From positions 1-45,088 of the forward strand of contig JBHLJY010000019.1 of NCBI GenBank assembly GCA_048887225.1: a stretch of 45,088 nt of DNA. The letters run 5' to 3'. Position numbers and translations under genes: made by a program. Below are positions 1-10,412 of the stretch, in pieces (the first letter of the stretch is position 1; every line of letters starts with the position of its first letter). The stretch comes from Candidatus Hodarchaeota archaeon. GTDB lineage: Archaea; Asgardarchaeota; Lokiarchaeia; Sigyniarchaeales; SOKP01. The notes below the pieces were generated by a model that was not told the origin of the DNA, ran no database searches, and was given only the letters and a program-made list of their open reading frames with translations.

Positions 1-2295
1 GTCGATACCACCTTAGAGTCAGGAGATTCATATTCATTTGATGCAAATGCCACCGATCTTTCAGGTATTAAACAGTGGTGGATTAATAACACCAATTTCA
101 ATATTGATGCTGATGGTATCATCACTAATGTATCAACACTCAATGTCGGGATCTACTGGATCAGAATCAACGTTTCCGATAATTATGATAATAACCTTAC
201 CAAAGTGTTTAAAATCACCGTCGAGGACACCACTGCTCCTATATGGGTAAATGAACCCGTCGACACGATCTTAGAATTAGGAGATTCATATTCATTTGAT
301 GCAAATGCCACTGATCCTTCAGGTATTAAACAATGGTGGATAAATAATACCAATTTCAATGTGAATGCGAATGGTCTCATCAATAATACCTCTAGTCTCA
401 TTGTTGGAGTATATTGGATAAGAATCAATGTCTCCGATAATTATGATAATAACCTTACCAAAGTGTTTAAAATCACCGTCGAGGACACCACTGCTCCTAT
501 ATGGGTAGATGAACCCGTCGACACGATCTTAGAATTAGGAGATTCATATTCATTTGATGCAAATGCCACTGATCCTTCAGGTATTAAACAATGGTGGATA
601 AATAATACCAATTTCAATGTGAATGCGAATGGTCTCATCAATAATACCTCTAGTCTCATTGTTGGAGTATATTGGATAAGAATCAATGTCTCCGATAATT
701 ATGATAATAACCTTACCAAAGTGTTTAAAATCACCGTCGAAGACACCACTGCTCCTATATGGGTAGATGAACCTGTCGATATCACTTTAGAGTTAGGAGA
801 TTCATATTCATTTGATGCAAATGCCACCGATCCTTCTGGTATTAAACAATGGTGGATTAATCACACTAATTTCAATATTGATGCTGATGGTATCATCACT
901 AATGTATCAACGCTCAATGTCGGGATCTACTGGATTCGAATCAATGTCTCAGATAATTATGATAACAATCTTACCAAAGTGTTTAAAATTACCGTTGAGG
1001 ATACGACGGCTCCTACGTGGGTGGACGAGCCTGTTGATACCACTTTAGAGTTAGGAGACTCGTATTCATTTGATGCAAATGCCACCGATCCTTCTGGTAT
1101 TAAACAATGGTGGATTAATCACACTAATTTCAATATTGATGCTGATGGTATCATCACTAATGTATCAACGCTCAATGTCGGGATCTACTGGATTCGAATC
1201 AATGTCTCAGATAATTATGATAACAATCTTACCAAAGTGTTTAAGATCACTATTATCTTTGAAGATACGGCTGCTCCTACATGGGTGGACGAGCCTGTTG
1301 ATACCAATTTAGAGTTAGGAGATTCGTATTCGTTTGATGCAAATGCCACTGACCCTTCTGGTGTTAAACAGTGGTGGATTAATAACACTAATTTCAATGT
1401 GAATGCGAATGGACTTATAACCAACACCTCTAGTCTCATTGTTGGAGTATATTGGATAAGAATCAATGTCTCAGATAATTATGATAACAATCTTACCAAA
1501 GTGTTTAAAATTACCGTTGAGGATACGACGGCTCCTACGTGGGTAGATGAGCCCGTCGATACCACCTTGGAGTTAGGAGATTCGTATTCGTTTGATGCAA
1601 ATGCCACTGACCCTTCTGGTATTAAACAGTGGTGGATAAATAATACCAATTTTAATGTGAATGCGAATGGCCTCATCACCAATACCTCTAATCTTAATGT
1701 TGGAGTATATTGGATAAGAATCAATGTCTCAGATAATTATGATAATAATCTTACTAAAGTATTTAAAATTACCGTTGGGGATACGACGGCTCCTATATGG
1801 GTAGATGAACCTTTTGAAACGACCTTGGAATTAGGAGATTCATATTCGTTTGATGCAAATGCCACCGATCTTTCAGGTATTAAACAGTGGTGGATTAATC
1901 ACACTAATTTCAATGTGAATGCAAATGGCCTCATTACTAATGTATCAACGCTTAATGTTGGAGTCTATTGGATAAGAATCAATGTTTCCGATAATTATGA
2001 TAATAACCTTACCAAAGTATTTAAAATCACTGTCGAGGATACTACTGCTCCTATATGGGTAAATGAACCCGTCGACACGACCTTAGAATTAGGAGATTCG
2101 TATTCATTTGATGCAAATGCCACCGATCCTTCAGGGATTAAACAGTGGTGGATTAATAACACCAATTTCAATGTCAATGCGAATGGACTTATAACCAACA
2201 CCTCTAATCTCAATGTTGGAGTATATTGGATAAAAATCAATGTCTCTGATAATTATGATAATAACCTTACCAAAGTATTTAAGATCACTGTTGAA
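1..2295 (+). repeat. Intragenic 258-bp tandem repeat: 8 full units plus one partial
   Basis: Units start at about 226, 484, 742, 1000, 1264, 1522, 1780 and 2038, with a 6-bp insertion before the 1264 unit. DNA is near-identical between units. Confidence 0.95.
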
Positions 2296-3771
2296 ATTAC
2301 GATAAAACCTCCAAATGTTAAGAATATAGTACCATTTGATGGAAGTTCATTTTTAAATAATGTAGATATAGAAATAAACGCAACTATAACAGATGATGGC
2401 ACAGTATTAAGTGCGAAAGTTATGATCAATACTCCAATCCCATTTAATATAACAATGCAATTGGGTTCCGCAAATAATTGGACTTGCATATGGGATAATG
2501 TGAGCCTCTATGATTCAGGTAATTATAGAATTACGATTTGGGCTAAAGATAACGATGGATTGATAAACCAGACTGAATTTGTGATTATTACGATTAATGA
2601 TGTTATTAATCCAAATGTAATATTAGAGAAGGATGAGGATAAAGGAGATTTAATTCTTGATATTTCAATTCTTGTTTATATAATTTTTGCCTCAATAGGG
2701 GCTGGTTTTGTCATAGGAGTTTTTCTAGCTTATAGAGAAGAAACAAAAGAGGACATGCCAGAAATCATTCTTAAGAAAAAATCCTTATTTTTTATGTATA
2801 TACCTCAAAAGTCAATTGAGACTAAAGAAAGCGCGCTTATCAATTTTGGAAAGACTTTTCTCAAATATATTTGGCTAATTATAGCAATAATCATTGGAAT
2901 AATTTTTTCCATCTATTTCGTTATAATTCCAAATAAGTTATCCTTATTGATTGCATTTTTAATTGTTGAGATCATCTCAATTTCTATTTTTGGAGCAATA
3001 TTTTTGAAACCTGAAAAGCTTCAAAAAATAAAGGAGAAAATCACAACTAACTGGAAATTTTTCACACTTTTAGGGTGTATGATATTACTAGCGGTTATAG
3101 GAATATTAATATGGAAATTATTGGTATCCTTCTTAGGGATAAAGGTGATTTACCATAATTATTCCATTCTTTTGTTGATTTTAATCGTTGAAATATCGTC
3201 AATTTTAATTGTTCTCATTCAATTTTTGAAACCTGAATGGCGTGAAGTTCCTACAAAGAAAGTTTTATTTAATTGGAAATCTTTCGCTCTTTTTGGTGGA
3301 TTAGTATTTTTAACGATTATAGGAATAATCGGATGGGGGCAATTGTCGGGGATTGTTTTTCCCCCAATAAGCTACTCTGTACTTATTCCGATTCTAATTG
3401 CTGAAATCATGTCGATTCTAATCGTTGGCGCAAAACTGTTAAAATTTGAATGGCATGAAGTAAAAACTGAGAAAATTTCGATTAATTGGAAAATTATCTC
3501 GCTTAATGGTAGCTTAATATTATTAGCAATTATAGGAATATTCGGATGGATGCAATTGTCGGGAAGAACAATCACTCTATCGGCTTTCTCTTTTCTCATA
3601 ACAATTCTAATTGCTGAAATCGCGTCGATTCTAATCGTTGGCGTAAAAATATTGAAATTTAGAGAAAGAAGTGACAAAATCTCAGCTAAATGGAAATGCT
3701 ACATCCTTATGATTTGTATAATATTATTTGCTATAATAGGAGCATTATTATGGTTCCTATTAAGAATTTGA
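1..3771 (+). CDS. Large surface glycoprotein (5' truncated): tandem 86-aa Ig/cadherin-like repeats, one divergent Ig-like domain, one TM helix, then a multi-TM C-terminal domain
   Basis: Frame 1 is open from base 1 (VDTTLESGDSYSFDANATD...), so the gene starts upstream of the window and not at 205. Repeats read DTTAPxWVDEP...ATDPSG...VSDNYDNN and carry many N-x-S/T sequons. About 10 hydrophobic segments follow 2650. Confidence 0.8.
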   Translation, partial: VDTTLESGDSYSFDANATDLSGIKQWWINNTNFNIDADGIITNVSTLNVGIYWIRINVSDNYDNNLTKVFKITVEDTTAPIWVNEPVDTILELGDSYSFDANATDPSGIKQWWINNTNFNVNANGLINNTSSLIVGVYWIRINVSDNYDNNLTKVFKITVEDTTAPIWVDEPVDTILELGDSYSFDANATDPSGIKQWWINNTNFNVNANGLINNTSSLIVGVYWIRINVSDNYDNNLTKVFKITVEDTTAPIWVDEPVDITLELGDSYSFDANATDPSGIKQWWINHTNFNIDADGIITNVSTLNVGIYWIRINVSDNYDNNLTKVFKITVEDTTAPTWVDEPVDTTLELGDSYSFDANATDPSGIKQWWINHTNFNIDADGIITNVSTLNVGIYWIRINVSDNYDNNLTKVFKITIIFEDTAAPTWVDEPVDTNLELGDSYSFDANATDPSGVKQWWINNTNFNVNANGLITNTSSLIVGVYWIRINVSDNYDNNLTKVFKITVEDTTAPTWVDEPVDTTLELGDSYSFDANATDPSGIKQWWINNTNFNVNANGLITNTSNLNVGVYWIRINVSDNYDNNLTKVFKITVGDTTAPIWVDEPFETTLELGDSYSFDANATDLSGIKQWWINHTNFNVNANGLITNVSTLNVGVYWIRINVSDNYDNNLTKVFKITVEDTTAPIWVNEPVDTTLELGDSYSFDANATDPSGIKQWWINNTNFNVNANGLITNTSNLNVGVYWIKINVSDNYDNNLTKVFKITVEITIKPPNVKNIVPFDGSSFLNNVDIEINATITDDGTVLSAKVMINTPIPFNITMQLGSANNWTCIWDNVSLYDSGNYRITIWAKDNDGLINQTEFVIITINDVINPNVILEKDEDKGDLILDISILVYIIFASIGAGFVIGVFLAYREETKEDMPEIILKKKSLFFMYIPQKSIETKESALINFGKTFLKYIWLIIAIIIGIIFSIYFVIIPNKLSLLIAFLIVEIISISIFGAIFLKPEKLQKIKEKITTNWKFFTLLGCMILLAVIGILIWKLLVSFLGIKVIYHNYSILLLILIVEISSILIVLIQFLKPEWREVPTKKVLFNWKSFALFGGLVFLTIIGIIGWGQLSGIVFPPISYSVLIPILIAEIMSILIVGAKLLKFEWHEVKTEKISINWKIISLNGSLILLAIIGIFGWMQLSGRTITLSAFSFLITILIAEIASILIVGVKILKFRERSDKISAKWKCYILMICIILFAIIGALLWFLLRI

Positions 3772-3838
3772 AAAAAGAATTATTGAGGATTTTAAAAACC
3801 AAAATGTTAAATTAAAATTCTAATATGGTGTATTTATA

Positions 3839-5521
3839 ATGAGTCGCGAAAATCAAGGATCATTGGAAGAGGCAAATGCTTTAGAAGAGAAAAGAGCTAA
3901 AGAAAAATACGAAAAAGCCTTGACAGAATTAACAAATTTAGGAAACAAGGTTATTACTGACTTTGAAGATAAAAATTTAAAAGCAGTTATAAGCGATTGC
4001 GAAAAAATTATTAGAATTGCGGGATCAATTAGACAAACAGATATAATAATAAAGTATTCCAGAATTTTAGAAGAGACCAAGAAAGTAATTGAAGAAAAAG
4101 TAGCGCAAGAAAAAGCAAGAGCGCTTGAAGAGAAGAAGGCAATTAAAGAGCAAAAAGCGCAAGAAAAAGCAAGAGCGCTTGAAGAGAAGAAGGCTCTTAA
4201 AGAGCAAAAAGCACAGGAGAAGGCCAAAGCGCTTGATACTAAAGCAGATTTTAAAGAACAACAGGCATTGGAACAAATCGCTCAATTAGAAGTACAAATT
4301 ACAGGTAATCGCGAAAGAAATAATTTAATATCAGTAGTAAATGATTGTAGTACAATTATTACACTAGCGAAATCAATTAATAGAGGCGGTTTAGTAGAAA
4401 AATATTCAGAAATTCTAGAAGAAGCCAAGAAAGTGCTCGAAGAGAGAATTGCCCTAGAAAGAGCAAGAGCGCTTGAAGAGAAGAAAGCAATTAAAGAGCA
4501 AAAAGCGCAAGAAAAAGCAAGAGCGCTTATAGAGAAGAAGGCTCTTAAAGAACAAAAAGCACAGGAAAAAGCAAGAGTGCTTATAGAGGAGAAGGCAATT
4601 AAAGAACAAAAAGCACAGGAAAAAGCAAGAGCCCTTAAAGAGAAGAAAGTAATTAAAGAGCAAAAAACACAGGAAAAGGCCAAAGCGCTTGATGCGAAAG
4701 CAGCTCTTAGAAAACAACATGCATTGGAACAAATCGCTCAATTAGAAGTACAAATTGCTGGTAATCGCGAAGGAAATGATTTAATATTAATATTAAATGA
4801 TTGTAGTACAATTATTACACTCGCGAAATCAATCAATAGAGGCGATTTAGTAGAAAAATATTCAGAAATTCTAGAAAAGGCCAATAAAGTGCTCGAAGAG
4901 AAAAAAGCGCAAGAAAAAGCAAGAGCCCTTAAAGAGAAGAGAGCGCTCAAGGAGCAAAAAGCGCAAGAAAAAACCAAAGCATTAGAAGAGAAGAGAGCCC
5001 TAAAAGAAGCTAAAGTTATTAAAAAGAAAATAAAAGTAAAAACTTTAGCTTCTCTAGTTATTATCGGAGGGATATTAATAATTCTTAGTTCAATCTTGGA
5101 TATTATACTATTATTTACTATAATTTATACTAATATGTCTGTAACAATAGGAAATGAATCAGCAGATACTTTTTTCATTTTTTTGTATTCCAATGGAAGT
5201 ATATGTGCAATTGGAGGGATCTTAGTAATATTTGGATCCGTAGAACACGCCTCAGAGAATTTTAGATTTGGAAAAACAATAACAGGATTCGGGATAGCTA
5301 TAGGGCTTATTGGTTCATCAACGTTTTTACTTGTTGGTATATGGGCGGCAATTTTATGTGGAAGCTTAATGACACAATTAACAATGTTAATTTTGTTATT
5401 TTTTGGTATTGGCATTATTGGCATTATAATTGCTTTTTTTTCCCAGAAGAAAATTGGGAGAAAAAAAGAAGGGATTATGAAAAGTAAATATCCTAAGGAT
5501 GAAGAGCTTCTGGAAAAATAA
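3839..5521 (+). CDS. Charged helical-repeat protein with a C-terminal 4-TM domain
   Basis: 18-aa repeats (AQEKARALEEKKAIKEQK) separate three copies of a ~60-aa helical unit (..DCxxIIxxAxSI.....KYSxILE). Four hydrophobic segments lie at the C-terminus. Confidence 0.75.
   Translation: MSRENQGSLEEANALEEKRAKEKYEKALTELTNLGNKVITDFEDKNLKAVISDCEKIIRIAGSIRQTDIIIKYSRILEETKKVIEEKVAQEKARALEEKKAIKEQKAQEKARALEEKKALKEQKAQEKAKALDTKADFKEQQALEQIAQLEVQITGNRERNNLISVVNDCSTIITLAKSINRGGLVEKYSEILEEAKKVLEERIALERARALEEKKAIKEQKAQEKARALIEKKALKEQKAQEKARVLIEEKAIKEQKAQEKARALKEKKVIKEQKTQEKAKALDAKAALRKQHALEQIAQLEVQIAGNREGNDLILILNDCSTIITLAKSINRGDLVEKYSEILEKANKVLEEKKAQEKARALKEKRALKEQKAQEKTKALEEKRALKEAKVIKKKIKVKTLASLVIIGGILIILSSILDIILLFTIIYTNMSVTIGNESADTFFIFLYSNGSICAIGGILVIFGSVEHASENFRFGKTITGFGIAIGLIGSSTFLLVGIWAAILCGSLMTQLTMLILLFFGIGIIGIIIAFFSQKKIGRKKEGIMKSKYPKDEELLEK
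4103..5010 (+). repeat. Nested 54-bp tandem repeats and a larger duplication at 456-bp spacing
   Basis: gcgcaagaaaaagcaagagcgctt recurs at 54-bp spacing. gcattggaacaaatcgctcaattagaagtacaaatt occurs at 4265 and 4721. Confidence 0.9.
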
Positions 5522-5662
5522 AGTATAAAACCACATAAACAGTATTAAACCGAAGGGAAGAGCTAACAAATAATTTAATAGCTTTTCTTTTATTCATTGC
5601 TTATTCTATTAATAGTTAAGTTGCGCTTTCACTATAAGAAGAAATGACAAATTTTTCATTAA

Positions 5663-6964
5663 CTAATAGTGCTCCTTAGGATAGTCTTTTCTTTCATACT
5701 TAATTCTACCTTTAAGAATTGGATCGTTTGTTATTTTCATCCAATTAAATAATTTTTGTTTCAATTCTTTTAAAATGTCTTTATAATTAGGATCATCTCT
5801 TAAATTAATCATTTCATTTGGATCCTTTTTTAGATCATATAGTTCTTCTTCACTTCGAGGTTTATTAAAAATCTTTTTCATGTATCGCCATGAAGAACTT
5901 CTCTTGAAGTCAGCTGGAATCTGATATGGAGTCTTTATTTTTTCAAAATTTAAAATAAATTTATAATTCTCAGTTCTTATTCCTCTCATTGGATCATATA
6001 TTTCATGGAAAGTTTTTTCTACATAAACCTCTTTTCTAAATGGCTTATTATGATCCCTCAGAATTGGCATGAAACTTCTTCCCTCAATATTTTTTGGAAT
6101 TTCTGATCCAATTAAATCTAAAAGAGTTGGAAGTAAATCAATATTGCTTATCATTTGATTTATAACTTTTCCCTTCGTAAAAATATCTGAATTTTGCCAT
6201 GACATCAAAAGTAGAGTTTTAATGCCAGGATCATATAAAGTGCATTTAGCCCTTGGAAAAGCTTCTCCGTGATCAGTCGTATATATAAAAAGTGTGTTTT
6301 CCATTAAGTCATTTTTTTCTAAATGATATAAAATTTTTCCTATTATCTTATCGACAGTTTGTATTGCTCCATAAAATTCAGCTAGATCCATTCTTATCAT
6401 AGGATGATCAGGCAGATAAGGAGGAATCTTTACAATTTCTGGATCGATAGGTTCAGCCCAGGCTCTAAAAGGTCGGTGAACTTCAACAGCTCCTATACAA
6501 ACATAGAACGGTTTATCATCATTTTTATGCTCATCGATAAATTTTATATAGTCCTTTTCCATTCTTTTACAGGAGTATTGAATTTCTGGACCTCTTTTAC
6601 TAATTGTATCATATCCTAAAGTGAAAGCATTACGGCTTTCGTGCTGAAATCCAAGCAAATGAGTTTTATATCCATTTTCTTTTAAATACATTGCTAGGGT
6701 TTTATTATGCTCAGGTAATGTCCAACCACGATCAACTAAGCCCATTAATCCGTTTTGATGGGGATATAAAGATGTTTGGATGCTTCCTCTGCTTGGGCTA
6801 CATTGAGGCGCAGTACAAAAATAATTCGTAAACTTTACTCCATTTTTAGCTATTTTATCAATATTAGGAGTGTTAAGTGAATTCGGAGTTTGAGGATTAT
6901 TATAACAACCAAGAAATTGACCTTGGTCGTGCGTAATAAATAACACAATATTAGGCTTTTTCAT
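5663..6964 (-). CDS. Formylglycine-dependent sulfatase (sulfamidase/SGSH-like)
   Basis: KPNIVLFITHD N-terminus, CSPSR signature, TDHG, and EELYDLKKDPNE. Confidence 0.9.
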   Translation of the reverse strand: MKKPNIVLFITHDQGQFLGCYNNPQTPNSLNTPNIDKIAKNGVKFTNYFCTAPQCSPSRGSIQTSLYPHQNGLMGLVDRGWTLPEHNKTLAMYLKENGYKTHLLGFQHESRNAFTLGYDTISKRGPEIQYSCKRMEKDYIKFIDEHKNDDKPFYVCIGAVEVHRPFRAWAEPIDPEIVKIPPYLPDHPMIRMDLAEFYGAIQTVDKIIGKILYHLEKNDLMENTLFIYTTDHGEAFPRAKCTLYDPGIKTLLLMSWQNSDIFTKGKVINQMISNIDLLPTLLDLIGSEIPKNIEGRSFMPILRDHNKPFRKEVYVEKTFHEIYDPMRGIRTENYKFILNFEKIKTPYQIPADFKRSSSWRYMKKIFNKPRSEEELYDLKKDPNEMINLRDDPNYKDILKELKQKLFNWMKITNDPILKGRIKYERKDYPKEHY

Positions 6965-7095
6965 TTTTGAGGCAATAATTTTTTTTTATTTTCTCTTTGT
7001 CTTTAAATAATTATATACTAATATAAAAAAGAAATTTTCAAAGCTAAGTTTCTGTAAATAATCTCTTTATTCTATTTCTTTAATATCGTGCCTTA

Positions 7096-10000
7096 TTACC
7101 AATAAATTTCTTTTAATTCCGAGTGATACTCATTCAGAGATTTTACTACTAATGATTTTTTTCGCACTTTTTCAATGGCATCTACTATAGCTTCTGCTAA
7201 TTGTAGATTAATGATGACAGGAATATTGAAATCAACGGCCATTCTCCTAATTTGGTATTCATCCTCTATTACTTGACGGAACTTTTTTTCTATCGTAGTT
7301 GGGAGTGGAATATTAATAACCATGTCAATTCTTCCATTTACCAAACATTCCCTAATATTTGGTTGCATCCCCCTATCACTTACCTTATATAACCTAACAG
7401 CAGGAATTCCATTCTCTTTAAGGGATTCTGCTGTGTGTTCCGTAGCAAAAATCGTGAATCCTAAATTTTTTAATTTGGTAGCCATTGGAATAATTTGTCT
7501 CTTTAGCTCATCTCCTCCAACGGATATTAGAACATTACCACCATCAATTGGGATATATTGCTCAGCAGCATCTAACGCTTTCATCAAGGCATCTGGGAGA
7601 TCATCACCAACACACGCCGTTTCCCCTGTACTATTCATTTCAACTGAGAGGATTGGATCTGCATTATCTAGACGCATGAATGAGAACATTGGGGATTTTA
7701 CAGCAACATAATCTCCATATGGTAAATTTAATAGCCTTTCTGGTATTTTGTTTCCCATTATTACCTCAGCAGCCAATTTCATTAAATTGATTCCTCTTAC
7801 TTTAGACACATAAGGCATACTTCGACTTGAACGGAGATTGCATTCTATTACATATACCTCATCATTTTTTACTAGATACTGAATATTAAATGGTCCCTGG
7901 ATTTTTAACGCTAATGCAATTCTTCTAGTATAATCTTCGATATCTTTTTTAACATTATAAGAGATCGTGATTGGGGGGATTGACATGGTTGCATCTCCGC
8001 TATGGACTCCTGCATTCTCGATATGTTCTACTATAGCTCCAATAAGTACTTTTTCTTGATCACATATTCCGTCACACTCCACTTCTCGAGAGTCTGTGAA
8101 AAATTTCGTGATAACCACAGGATATTCCCTTGAAACTGCTGCTGCTAAATCAAGAGTATCTATCAATGTTTTTTCATCATATGAAACCCTCATTGCTGCG
8201 CCACTTAATACATATGAAGGTCTTACAAGAACAGGATATCCAACTTTTCTAGCAAATTTAATAGCTTCATCTGTAGTTATTAACATAGCCCACTTCGGTT
8301 GCTTTATTTTAAGTTGATCTAGTAAGCTACTAAATTTGGCTCTGTCTTCTGCCATATCTACACGAGAACCATGAGTTCCTAAGATATTTATACCTACTTT
8401 GCGGTAAAATTCAGAATATTTGGCAAATTTAGCAGCAAGGTTTTGTGCAATTTGACCTCCCGCATTTAAAACAATTCCTTGAGCTTTCTCTAGTTCGCAT
8501 ATGTCCAGAACCCTTTCACCAGAGAGCTCCTCAAAATATAGACGATCAACTACATCATAATCTGTACTAACCGTCTCAGGGTTGTAGTTTATCATAATAG
8601 CTTTATCTATTCCTAATTTTTGAAGCCCCCATAAGCAATTAACACTTCCCCAGTCGAATTCACAGCTACTTCCTATTCGATATGTGCCACATCCTAAAAC
8701 AATGACCTTTTTAAGATTATCCTTAGTTTCTTGGTCGTAATTGATGTCATGCTTATTTCCCCAATAGGTAAGATATAAGTATTGCCTTGTAGGAACTACT
8801 TGACCTGCTAGAGTATCGATTTGCTTAACATATGGAACGATATTATATCTTTTTCTTAACCGTCTTATTGTTGGAGTATCCGTTCCTAAAATGCGGGCAA
8901 TCTGTCCATCCGAAAAGCCATATTTTTTTGCTCTTAATATCCAATATTGCTTATCTTCAACAGAAGATTCGAGTAAATCTAATTTTTTAAGTTGGTCTTC
9001 TATATCAATTATGTTCTTTAATTTGTAGAGGAACCATTTATCAATCATCGATCTTTCATAGATCTCGTCAATACTAATCCCTCTTTTTATTGCTTCTCCA
9101 ATTCTTATGAATCTTAAATCTGTTGGATTTCTTAGCTCATATTTTAATTCATTGATATCCTCAATCGGCTTAAGATCGTTTCCTACAAAACCTCTTAACC
9201 CAATATCAAGCATACGGATTGCCTTTTGACAGACTTCTTCAAAATTTCGCCCAATACTCATGCATTCTCCGACACCTTTCATTTGAGGACCTATGCGTCT
9301 TGAAACTTTATTAAATTTGGCCAGATCCCACCGAGGATATTTCATAACCATATAATCCGTTGCGGGTTCAAAGTTTGCAGTAGTCTTTAACGTTATCTGA
9401 TTTAATAATTCGGGTAGATTATAACCAATCGCAATTTTTGCAGCTATATATGCCAAAGGATAGCCCGTTGCCTTTGAAGCAAGAGCAGATGACCTAGATA
9501 ATCGAGCATTAATTTCAATGGCCCTATGCTTCTTAGAAAATGGATCAAGGGCCCATTGAATATTACATTCACCACATACCTTCACCCCTTTCGTCGCTCT
9601 AATGGAAGCAGAACGTAGCATTTGCAGTTCTTCATCTGTTAAAGTCTGAGCAGGTGCAACTACAATGCTATCTCCAGTATGAATTCCACAAGGATCAACA
9701 TTCTCCATACTACAATTGATAAAACAATTGTCTTCAGCATCTCGGAGAATTTCAAATTCTATTTCTTTCCAGCCCCACACGCTTTCCTCGATTAAAATTT
9801 GATTAATTCTTGATTGAGCAAGACCTCTTTTAGCCAGTCTTTCAAATTGTTCCCAATTGTGAATAAATGCAGAGCCTTGACCTCCTAATACATACCCCAC
9901 CCTCAACATTATAGGAAATCCAATTTCTTTTGCTGCTTTTACCGCGTCTTTATAATTATTTACTGCTACACTTCTACAGACAGGACAATCCGCATTAATC

Positions 10001-10407
10001 ATTGCCTTGACAAACAAATCTCTATCCTCTGTTGCTTCAATAGCTTCAACAGGAGTCCCACATACCTTAATATCATATTTGTCTAAGATTCCCGCCTCAT
10101 TTAATTCTACACCTACATTAAGACCAGTTTGACCCCCAAATGCTAAACATATCCCGTCGGGTCTTTCTTTTTTAATAATTTCTACACAATATTTAACGTT
10201 AATAGGAAGTAAATATACCTTATAAGACATTTGAGGGTCGGTTTGAATTGTTGCTATATTAGGATTTACTAATATTGTTTTTATTCCCTCTTCATTCAAG
10301 GCTTTAAGTACTTGACTTCCGCTATAATCGAATTCTCCTGCTTGTCCAATTCTTACAGCTCCAGATCCTAACACCATAACTTTTTTTAAAGATTCATCTA
10401 GTGGCAC
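7096..10407 (-). CDS. carB: Carbamoyl-phosphate synthase large subunit, copy 2
   Basis: IGQAGEFDYSG, IHTGDS, EINARLSRSSALASKATGYPLA, NPETVSTDYD, RPSYVLSG, VHSGDA and a C-terminal MGS domain. GTG start. Confidence 0.97.
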   Translation of the reverse strand: MPLDESLKKVMVLGSGAVRIGQAGEFDYSGSQVLKALNEEGIKTILVNPNIATIQTDPQMSYKVYLLPINVKYCVEIIKKERPDGICLAFGGQTGLNVGVELNEAGILDKYDIKVCGTPVEAIEATEDRDLFVKAMINADCPVCRSVAVNNYKDAVKAAKEIGFPIMLRVGYVLGGQGSAFIHNWEQFERLAKRGLAQSRINQILIEESVWGWKEIEFEILRDAEDNCFINCSMENVDPCGIHTGDSIVVAPAQTLTDEELQMLRSASIRATKGVKVCGECNIQWALDPFSKKHRAIEINARLSRSSALASKATGYPLAYIAAKIAIGYNLPELLNQITLKTTANFEPATDYMVMKYPRWDLAKFNKVSRRIGPQMKGVGECMSIGRNFEEVCQKAIRMLDIGLRGFVGNDLKPIEDINELKYELRNPTDLRFIRIGEAIKRGISIDEIYERSMIDKWFLYKLKNIIDIEDQLKKLDLLESSVEDKQYWILRAKKYGFSDGQIARILGTDTPTIRRLRKRYNIVPYVKQIDTLAGQVVPTRQYLYLTYWGNKHDINYDQETKDNLKKVIVLGCGTYRIGSSCEFDWGSVNCLWGLQKLGIDKAIMINYNPETVSTDYDVVDRLYFEELSGERVLDICELEKAQGIVLNAGGQIAQNLAAKFAKYSEFYRKVGINILGTHGSRVDMAEDRAKFSSLLDQLKIKQPKWAMLITTDEAIKFARKVGYPVLVRPSYVLSGAAMRVSYDEKTLIDTLDLAAAVSREYPVVITKFFTDSREVECDGICDQEKVLIGAIVEHIENAGVHSGDATMSIPPITISYNVKKDIEDYTRRIALALKIQGPFNIQYLVKNDEVYVIECNLRSSRSMPYVSKVRGINLMKLAAEVIMGNKIPERLLNLPYGDYVAVKSPMFSFMRLDNADPILSVEMNSTGETACVGDDLPDALMKALDAAEQYIPIDGGNVLISVGGDELKRQIIPMATKLKNLGFTIFATEHTAESLKENGIPAVRLYKVSDRGMQPNIRECLVNGRIDMVINIPLPTTIEKKFRQVIEDEYQIRRMAVDFNIPVIINLQLAEAIVDAIEKVRKKSLVVKSLNEYHSELKEIYW

Positions 10408-10412
10408 GCTTT

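Noticed and set aside
1-2295. CRISPR array or DGR template/variable repeats
   Set aside because: The units are 258-bp in-frame coding repeats with no unique spacers. Differences are not adenine-specific and there is no reverse transcriptase in the window.
38-4977. Many short repeated ORFs (MILIQYTPT..., MMQMPP..., MAFSCAFC...)
   Set aside because: They are antisense or off-frame shadows of the repeat-containing genes.
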